The notes beneath the pieces were generated by a model. That model saw nothing but the letters and a program-made list of their open reading frames with translations, had not been told where the DNA came from and did no database searches. Positions 25,536-32,000 of a DNA stretch of 32,000 nt are shown one piece after another; position 1 is the stretch's first letter, and every line of letters starts with the position of its first letter. A program made the position numbers and the translations under genes. Source of the DNA: Acaryochloris marina S15 (GTDB lineage: Bacteria > Cyanobacteriota > Cyanobacteriia > Thermosynechococcales > Thermosynechococcaceae); assembly GCF_018336915.1 (NCBI RefSeq), contig NZ_CP064923.1, forward strand, positions 3,180,001 to 3,212,000, in the 5' to 3' direction.

Positions 25536-26033
25536 CTAAGATTCATCACCTTCACCAGAATCAGAGCCTGATTCGGTATCTGCCCCAGAGTTAGATTCTT
25601 GTTCAGATTCTGAACTACTGATAGAGTCAAATACTTTTTCGGCGTCAGTTACATCTACACCGCTTGTTTCTCCTATGTCCGTTACCTTAGTCCCCATTTC
25701 CTTAGCATCAGCTGTTGTGCAACCAGACCCACCACAACTATTTTCTATATCGCTGAGCATGCTCTCAACATCAGCAGCCTCCTTTGATTCTGATTCATCA
25801 TTATCCGCCCCAGTTTCACCACTAATATCTGAACCATCTCCTCCCGATATATCTGAACCATCTCCTCCCGATATATCTGAACCAATGCCACCACCAATAT
25901 CTGATCCGGTACCACCCGGAATTTCTGCATCTTGGCCATAGGCATTGGGGATAGGAGCTAATAAGAGCAACCCACCCAGAGCCAAGGTCAATCCAAAACC
26001 TTGAGTCCCATATTTGCTAGTGCTATTCTGCAT
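25536..26033 (-). CDS. Secreted, highly acidic Asp/Ser/Gly/Glu-rich repeat protein (unknown function)
   Basis: I prefer ATG 26033, which has AAGGAG 10 nt upstream and avoids overlap with the upstream gene. Signal-peptide-like MQNSTSKYGTQGFGLTLALGGLLLLAPIPNAYG, then GGTGSDIGGGIGSDISGGDGSDISGGDGSDISGETGADNDESE… ending …SGSDSGEGDES. It has only two Cys (SCGGSGC). Confidence 0.6.
   Translation of the reverse strand: MQNSTSKYGTQGFGLTLALGGLLLLAPIPNAYGQDAEIPGGTGSDIGGGIGSDISGGDGSDISGGDGSDISGETGADNDESESKEAADVESMLSDIENSCGGSGCTTADAKEMGTKVTDIGETSGVDVTDAEKVFDSISSSESEQESNSGADTESGSDSGEGDES
25825..25920. repeat. 24-bp tandem repeat (4 units, 2 of them perfect) inside the acidic-protein gene
   Basis: ATATCTGAACCATCTCCTCCCGAT occurs at 25825-25848 and 25849-25872, both exact. 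Degenerate units follow at 25873-25896 and 25897-25920. On the minus strand these encode the (G)GDGSDIS octapeptide repeats. Confidence 0.85.
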
Positions 26034-26067
26034 GATTTCATAACTCCTTCGTTCGTCAAACACCTTG

Positions 26068-27183
26068 TCAAAACTTCCAAGACATCCCCACACTGATAAT
26101 GAAACGAGGATTTTCTCCGGCCCCCAAAATATCCCGAATAGCAGGGGAAATCACTAGGGGAATCTTTCGGAATGGAGCAACCGATAGCCCCACAGCCAAA
26201 TCCTGTCCTGTCCATTCTACAATCGTGGACACTGGACGGGCGACCAGTATCGTTGCCGTTCCAAATGGACTCACGGTGGTGCGATCCGCAACAAAGTCAT
26301 CTTCCAATCGAAATCGACCAGTCCCTACACCAGCCGTCAGGGCTAGGCGACTAAACGGTTGATTCACATCTTGACGGAGGTTAATGATTTTTGACACGGA
26401 TCCATAGAAGGTATCTTCAAAATCATTATCATCTCCTAAATTGATCAATCCTTCTGCCCCCACTGCGACGGCCCATCGGCCTGGGAACTGGCGATGAATC
26501 TTGGCATTAAATCCCCCCGTACCAAAACTGCGACCAATCTGGCCAAAACTGGCTAAACTATAGGAGATTTGCACCCCAATATTTTTTCTAGCGTCTCCAA
26601 AGCCAATGCCAAATCCAGCTGTAGCATCACTGTCCGGTGCACGCCGGACCCGTTCTTGAAAGTTAAAATTGGCAAAGGCTGTAAAATTGTCCGCTCCAAA
26701 CCCAGCCGGGTTAGAAATCGTAATAGCTGGAGAACTCCGCCCCCGACGGCTTTGTTTTTTAATTTCTTTCTGGATGTTTTCCAGACTTTCTTTAATTCGC
26801 TTGATCTCGTCTTCTGTTAGGGGTCGGTCCTGGGGGGCAGAGTTAGGAGCATCTCCCTCCGATTCCAGTGTGTCTCCCTCTGGAGTATTAAAGTCGGTCC
26901 CCAAATTGTCAGCCTGAGCCTGCAACTCGGATACATCAAGATTCTGATCTAATACTGTCTCAAGTAATACTGTTTGATTTTTAACTCCCTCCTGGGAAAG
27001 AGGCTGTTCCAATAAAGACTGGGGTAAAGGGAGTGTCGATTGAGGGGAACTTAAGGGTGACTCATGGGCCACCTCAATGGAAATAGGCGTTTCTGCTGCA
27101 ACGAGTCGAGGAAGACAGAGTATCGCCATTGCACTAGACAAGTACAAGGGACCCAACGTTCTCAACAAAGGATATGTATTCAA
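26068..27183 (-). CDS. Putative outer-membrane beta-barrel protein with N-terminal signal peptide, P/Q/S/E-rich linker and a charged helix
   Basis: 371 aa. Begins MNTYPLLRTLGPLYLSSAMAILCLPRLVAA/ETP, followed by a low-complexity linker and the helix LTEDEIKRIKESLENIQKEIKKQSRRGR. The C-terminal ~225 aa are rich in Gly and aromatics with alternating hydrophobicity, ending …RFIISVGMSWKF; a terminal Phe is typical of the OMP beta-signal. The track start is a TTG (GAGGA about 10 nt upstream), so the start is uncertain. Confidence 0.5.
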   Translation of the reverse strand: MNTYPLLRTLGPLYLSSAMAILCLPRLVAAETPISIEVAHESPLSSPQSTLPLPQSLLEQPLSQEGVKNQTVLLETVLDQNLDVSELQAQADNLGTDFNTPEGDTLESEGDAPNSAPQDRPLTEDEIKRIKESLENIQKEIKKQSRRGRSSPAITISNPAGFGADNFTAFANFNFQERVRRAPDSDATAGFGIGFGDARKNIGVQISYSLASFGQIGRSFGTGGFNAKIHRQFPGRWAVAVGAEGLINLGDDNDFEDTFYGSVSKIINLRQDVNQPFSRLALTAGVGTGRFRLEDDFVADRTTVSPFGTATILVARPVSTIVEWTGQDLAVGLSVAPFRKIPLVISPAIRDILGAGENPRFIISVGMSWKF

Positions 27184-27421
27184 GTCAATGGAATCCTCAT
27201 CTCACAATAATTAGATCAAACTGAACGACCCAGGCATTCACCGATGTGATTTCTGAGAAAGAATTTACCGTTTTTGACAAGGACGTTCTATGCCCTGTAA
27301 TTCATTTAGTTGGTTTTTCTAGTAATTTATTTCCTGGAAATCACCCGAGTTGCTCCAGTGTCTCTGGGTTTACAGCATCACTGGAATTCACAAGAAGCAC
27401 TGGAGCTAAAAAAAAGATGGG

Positions 27422-29632
27422 CTAACGGAGAAATAAATCTTTGGGTGAAGGAAGTGAGCGCTGGGTCCCAGAACCACTCTTTGACTTAGAATCACCATAA
27501 TAGTTATGGGAATAGTAGTAGTAGTAGGAATAACTTTCATTTTTGGTGACAATACCATTAATGAATAATCCCAACACAGCCGTTCCTGACTGCTCTAAAA
27601 GCTCTTTCGCGCGTTTGGCGCTCGATTTTTCTAAATATTCGGGTCGACCTACCAGTATTAACCCATCGGTTTCTTGAGCCATAATCAAAGCATCCGCCGC
27701 TGCCATCAAAGGTGGAGCATCAATTAACACAAAATCATAGCGATCGGCCTGCTGGGCCACAAAGGTATGAAATGGGTTAGAGTCAATCAATGCTTGGGGA
27801 TTAGGGGGTAAAGATCCAGAGGTTAACAGATCTAAATTGGGTTGCACCGAATGAGTTATGGGTGTCCCCCTATCAGAGTCTTCTGTCGCAGCTAACACAT
27901 TGGATAAACCTGTTTGATTACTCACTTCCCAAATCAGGTGTTGGGTCGGTTTGCGTAAATCTGCATCTATTAGTAATACCCGATAGTTCATTTGGGAGAG
28001 GACAACGGCCAAGTTAGCACTGGTCCAGGATTTTCCTTCCTGGGGTAAGGCGCTACTAAATGTCAACACTCGTACGGGTGCTTCCGTGCTGAGAAAGCGT
28101 AAGTTTGCTCTCAGCATCCGATAGGATTCAGAGATTGGTGATCTGGGATTTATGATGGTTGGCAGGGCCACCTGGTCTTCAGATTCCGATGTATGGATTG
28201 GCACACTGCCCAAAACTGGCCAAGACGGGTAAGTCTCACGAATATCGTCTACCGTTTTTAGCTTCGAATCAATCTTTTCCAGAAAATAGGCCAATCCAGC
28301 GGCCAGTAATGCTCCGGCGATGACCCCTCTCAGGATCTCTGCAAACTGATTAGGTGCCACTGGTGTTGAGGGTAACTCAGCTAACTCAACAATTTTGGCA
28401 GTGGGAATGGTTTGATTCTCCGTTAATTGGGCATTCTGTAAGCTTTGAAGTAGCGCTTTATAAGTAGTTTCAGCAACACCCAATTCCCGTTGAAGCTGCC
28501 GAAGTTTTTGTGATAGGGTGGGGAGCTGTTGGGAGCGACTCCCATAAATATTCAACTGAGCTTCCAATACTTTCTGTTGTTTTAAGAGGCCTTGCCGAAC
28601 AACATTTAGCTGCACCAACTGGTTTAATAACTTTTGGCGTGTAGAGTCTACAGGTTGTTGATTAACCTTTGAACTTTCACCAATTGAAGTTTGAATTGTA
28701 TCTTGCAATATTGATTGAAGACGCTTTTGTTGGTCTTCTAAGTCTAAAATTGTGGGGTGATCCGGAGTTAAATTGGTTCTTGCTAAAGCAAGGTTTTGAC
28801 TCACTTCTTGTAAACTATCACGTACTTTTTGAATGGCAGGTAATTGGCTAGCAGTACTAATGTCAAAGGCGGAATCTATGGTCACTCCCAACTGACCCCG
28901 AATGCTCAATGATTCAGCCTCAATCTTGGCAAGTTCAGTTGCAACCTGATCTATTTGGTTTTGAATGTTAATTTGCGCTGAAGTAACAACGTTGGCCAGA
29001 CTTTCCACATCACTAATTTGATTCGCTTCCATAAATCGTCTTAAGGATTGGTCTGCGACGAGAACGTTTTGCTTGATCTGAGGAAGCTGCTTAGCAATGA
29101 ACTGCCGTGCTACTGATGCTTGTGAGCGATTTTCCTGCAAATTGTAATTGACATAGACTTCCATCAACTGGTTAACAGTAGCAGAAGCGATACGGGGGGC
29201 GACACTTTCAAACTTTACATTGACAACATCTGTACCTTCTTGCGGGGTTATGGTCAATGAGGCTTTCAGGGTAGAAACTTTTAATGAAGTATCTGAGTTA
29301 TTGTTTTTGAGAAAATCCTGTAAGGAAACCAAGGTCTTTTCCAAAAGAGGATGAGATTTCATGATGGCGATCTCAGTGGAAATTCCTTGATCTGAATTAG
29401 AATTAGCTTCTATACCTTTAATACTAACGAGTTGTGACGTTTTATTCGGAACATTGAGACGTAATTGCCCTACCGCCTGATAAATGGGTGTTTTAGATAA
29501 AGTGTTGAAGGTATTTAAGACACAAACTCCAGTAAAAAAGCATAGAGCAGGTTTCCATCGTCGTTTAAAAATGGACCAATAATCTACAGAAGTATTTGTT
29601 TCGATTGGGGTAGGCAGCGGATTGGTAACCAT
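27422..29632 (-). CDS. wzc: Polysaccharide co-polymerase / BY-tyrosine kinase (Wzc, GumC/EpsG-like, PCP-2a)
   Basis: 736 aa. N-terminal Wzz-type segment (YWSIFKRRWKPALCFFTGVCVL…IYQAVGQLRL), a long coiled periplasmic region and a second TM (VIAGALLAAGLAYFL). Kinase motifs are Walker A SSALPQEGKSWTSANLA, A' LLIDADLRKP and B DFVLIDAPP, plus a C-terminal Tyr cluster ESYSYYYYYSHNYYGD. Confidence 0.9.
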   Translation of the reverse strand: MVTNPLPTPIETNTSVDYWSIFKRRWKPALCFFTGVCVLNTFNTLSKTPIYQAVGQLRLNVPNKTSQLVSIKGIEANSNSDQGISTEIAIMKSHPLLEKTLVSLQDFLKNNNSDTSLKVSTLKASLTITPQEGTDVVNVKFESVAPRIASATVNQLMEVYVNYNLQENRSQASVARQFIAKQLPQIKQNVLVADQSLRRFMEANQISDVESLANVVTSAQINIQNQIDQVATELAKIEAESLSIRGQLGVTIDSAFDISTASQLPAIQKVRDSLQEVSQNLALARTNLTPDHPTILDLEDQQKRLQSILQDTIQTSIGESSKVNQQPVDSTRQKLLNQLVQLNVVRQGLLKQQKVLEAQLNIYGSRSQQLPTLSQKLRQLQRELGVAETTYKALLQSLQNAQLTENQTIPTAKIVELAELPSTPVAPNQFAEILRGVIAGALLAAGLAYFLEKIDSKLKTVDDIRETYPSWPVLGSVPIHTSESEDQVALPTIINPRSPISESYRMLRANLRFLSTEAPVRVLTFSSALPQEGKSWTSANLAVVLSQMNYRVLLIDADLRKPTQHLIWEVSNQTGLSNVLAATEDSDRGTPITHSVQPNLDLLTSGSLPPNPQALIDSNPFHTFVAQQADRYDFVLIDAPPLMAAADALIMAQETDGLILVGRPEYLEKSSAKRAKELLEQSGTAVLGLFINGIVTKNESYSYYYYYSHNYYGDSKSKSGSGTQRSLPSPKDLFLR

Positions 29633-29730
29633 GGTATTAGTTTTTTAGGCGCTACCCAAATGGATAGCTATTGATATCAAACTAGACGGTCAAATTTATA
29701 AGCGATTCCAACCGGCAAGTTAGGAGAATG

Positions 29731-30153
29731 TTACTTCATATACCGGAATTGCTTGATTTGGTGGCCTGCCATGCGAGCCTGTTTTTTGGTAAATTCGCCA
29801 ACAGAAGGGTTGCCTCTCGGATCAGTCACTCCAATGGCTCGTTGCCAGAGTTCAGGGGGAGCGACTGAAACTTGATAGGTCTGGTCGGTTTTACGAATGT
29901 GATACCACTGCACGTTTTGGCATTCTTCACACCAGAATGCTTCCAACCAGTGTTCCCTCAAGATCACTTCAGATCGACTCGCCAATATCCTCCGAGAAGC
30001 GGATTTACCCAGGCCATGCTGCTGTAGCTGAGAAGTTTGGTTGGAGTAAAGGGAATGTTTTTGGCTGACACTATCTAAATAACAGTTATGAATAGGGCAA
30101 TAAATTGCTCTGCGTTTGGAGCGTTTCCGATTGCGATCGCACCTTCTCCCCAA
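29731..30153 (-). CDS. Small basic Cys-rich protein (possible zinc-ribbon), unknown function; first gene of the wzc transcription unit
   Basis: 140 aa. TTG start at 30153 with a strong AAGGAGG 6 nt upstream, and an in-frame stop at 30181-30183 upstream. N-terminus GRRCDRNRKRSKRR. Cys pattern is C19-P-I-H-N-C24 … C75-E-E-C78. No family recognised. Confidence 0.55.
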   Translation of the reverse strand: MGRRCDRNRKRSKRRAIYCPIHNCYLDSVSQKHSLYSNQTSQLQQHGLGKSASRRILASRSEVILREHWLEAFWCEECQNVQWYHIRKTDQTYQVSVAPPELWQRAIGVTDPRGNPSVGEFTKKQARMAGHQIKQFRYMK

Positions 30154-31382
30154 ATTCGGCCTCCTTTGCGCGTAAATACATCATTTGCGGCATCGCAAGG
30201 TTCGTGTTTTGAGGCTGAGATCAGTCTGACCATCGAAGCCCCAGAAACAAGTAATTTCATATTATTCAGTTCAGTCTAATTAAGTGCTAACTAGAAGGCA
30301 GCCTCTTTCAGATCGAGGGAACTTCCAGTAGAGCGAAGCGAGAGGAATGTGACCAATCTCAAGCTAAAGTATATTGCCAAAATCTGGCAAAAAAAGACAG
30401 ATAAACTCTATTTGATTACACGTGTCAGACATATTTCCCCCTATGAATCGTCAAGCCGACAGATGTGAATAATTAATTGAGATAGTTCCCTATGGACTTA
30501 GAACATTATCATGCTTATCAAAACTAAATATTCATCTTAAGCATCAGAAAAAACTAATTTTAATGATTTTCATCTATCTAATTAATTATTGCCGTTGAAA
30601 GCATAGCATGCATTTTTTATTTTGTTAACCAATAGAAGTCATATTAAGTCATATCTACAATGAAATTTAAAGTAATAGTCAAAAAATCCTCCAAACTAGC
30701 TTTTTAGCAGAAATTCGGCGAATTTATTCTATCTAAGGCACTCAAATATGACATATACAACTATTCTGACAGATCTATTATTACAATAATTGTGATTTGT
30801 GATACAAGTCAATATTCCTTAGAAATAGAATAAAAACTTGTCTCGTTCTTATTCTAAATATTTCTCCAATGCAGACTTAAAATCGTAGCTTCATAGATTT
30901 ATATTTTCTGTAAAACAAGATTTCAAGGATGTTTAGAGACTATATTTTTAAACTCATTGTCCTGAATCTAAGGGGAAACACTAGCATTAACCCTTAAAAA
31001 AATATATCCAGGCAACAAAGTATCAAAAATATTCTATAGGAAGATAATATTGAGCACCCTGTTTGTTAATCAACTAATCATTGAATAACTCATTTATACA
31101 AATAGATTATCTTCAATACCAATAATCTTTTTCTCAAATATGTCACCTCCTTTTTTTCATCGAACATACCCATAACTCAATGCAGTTGAGAATTATGGAA
31201 AACTCTGGCATGACAACCAAGGTTTATACATTCTGAGTCCCTGAGTTATACTCGTTACTCAAGGTAAATTCACCATATTGCGAAAGAAAACAGAGTCCCT
31301 ACCTTGTTAGGTTGACGGCTGGACGGGATATCGATCTCTCCTGTAAGGGAACTATGAAGTTAGTGAATGGAGATTATTAACC

Positions 31383-32000
31383 ATGCGAGTTCTGGTTACA
31401 GGTGCAGCTGGTTTTATTGGTTACCACTTATCTCAACGCCTTTTGCTAGACGGAGCACAGGTATTGGGAATCGACAATCTCAATGACTACTATGCAGTCG
31501 ATCTCAAAACGTCACGACTCGCTCAATTGGAATCCAATCCTAATTTCCAGTTCCAACGCCTAGATCTCAGCGATCGCAACGGTATGGAAACACTTTTTGA
31601 GAGCAATACGTTTGATGGTGTGATTCATTTAGCTGCTCAGGCTGGAGTTCGCTATTCTCTGGAAAACCCCCATGCTTATTTAGACAGTAACCTGGTGGGC
31701 TTCCTACATATTCTTGAAGGCTGTCGCCACAGCAAAATAGCCCATCTGGTTTACGCTTCTTCTAGCTCTGTGTACGGTGCCAATAAGAAAGTCCCCTTTT
31801 CCGTAGAAGACAATGTGGACCATCCCGTCTCTTTATATGCCGCCACCAAGAAATCCAATGAGTTAATGGCCCATTCCTATAGCCATTTATATCAAATACC
31901 GATTACCGGACTACGATTCTTTACGGTATATGGCCCCTGGGGACGACCCGATATGGCTTACTTCAAGTTTGTAGATGCGATCTCAAATAACAAATCCATC
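31383..32000 (+). CDS. NAD-dependent epimerase, UDP-glucuronate 4-epimerase-like extended SDR (5' part; continues past the window end)
   Basis: Not in the track because it is open at the window edge. ATG at 31383 gives [21 protein letters not shown] (GxxGxxG), [25 protein letters not shown] (YxxxK) and [17 protein letters not shown]. 206 codons without a stop. Confidence 0.85.
   Translation, partial: MRVLVTGAAGFIGYHLSQRLLLDGAQVLGIDNLNDYYAVDLKTSRLAQLESNPNFQFQRLDLSDRNGMETLFESNTFDGVIHLAAQAGVRYSLENPHAYLDSNLVGFLHILEGCRHSKIAHLVYASSSSVYGANKKVPFSVEDNVDHPVSLYAATKKSNELMAHSYSHLYQIPITGLRFFTVYGPWGRPDMAYFKFVDAISNNKSI

Noticed and set aside
25825-25920. Short direct repeats that could suggest a CRISPR array
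   Set aside because: The units are contiguous with no spacers, are in frame, and lie inside a coding sequence. They are a coding tandem repeat, not a CRISPR.
27352-27406. 9-bp inverted repeat (GCTCCAGTG … CACTGGAGC) between wzc and the barrel gene, considered as a terminator
   Set aside because: The loop is about 37 nt. On the transcribed minus strand the T-run precedes rather than follows the stem, so it does not look like an intrinsic terminator. It may still be an RNA processing or stability element.
30075-30279. 61-aa minus ORF starting MKLLVSGAS… (faintly Rossmann-like) and a 63-aa plus ORF
   Set aside because: The GxxGxxG motif is incomplete. The minus ORF overlaps the SD and TTG start of the better-supported 140-aa gene in another frame. 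At most it is a relic, and there is not enough evidence to call it.
31354-31380. 8-codon uORF (MKLVNGDY*) just upstream of the epimerase start
   Set aside because: It is too short to support as a gene. The GGAG inside it is more simply the epimerase Shine-Dalgarno sequence. I mention it only as part of the long leader.

Overview
Nearly the whole window is one cell-surface polysaccharide locus, probably cyanobacterial: it has three perfect HIP1 palindromes (GCGATCGC at 12487, 30133 and 31570), and the gene content fits. From about 30.15 kb down to position 1, every credible gene is on the minus strand. In transcription order these are: a small basic Cys-rich protein, a Wzc-type co-polymerase/tyrosine kinase, a putative outer-membrane beta-barrel protein, an acidic repeat secreted protein, an IS50/Tn5-like insertion with intact target duplication, a GT4, a Wzm/Wzt ABC exporter split by a 212-bp MITE, a methyltransferase-pyruvyltransferase fusion, a CMP-nonulosonate synthetase, an unusual CBS-NeuB-SAF-TIM-barrel fusion, an orphan 315-aa protein, a decayed methyltransferase, a strongly AT-rich block of GT4/GT2/acetyltransferase genes containing a second, unrelated 212-bp MITE, two GT4 genes, a Wzy_C/WaaL-like membrane protein, and a GT4 cut by the window edge. 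A 1.2-kb ORF-free AT-rich region separates this cluster from a plus-strand UDP-glucuronate-4-epimerase-like gene. I found no rRNA, tRNA or CRISPR. The best candidates for undescribed biology are the nonulosonic-acid module with its multi-domain synthase and orphan neighbour, a possible capping/export pair (methyl/pyruvyl transferase plus extended Wzt), and the Wzc-associated beta-barrel plus acidic-protein pair with its small Cys-rich leader gene. All functional calls rest on my reading of motifs in the translations. No database search or computation was possible, and GC values are hand counts on single 60-nt lines.
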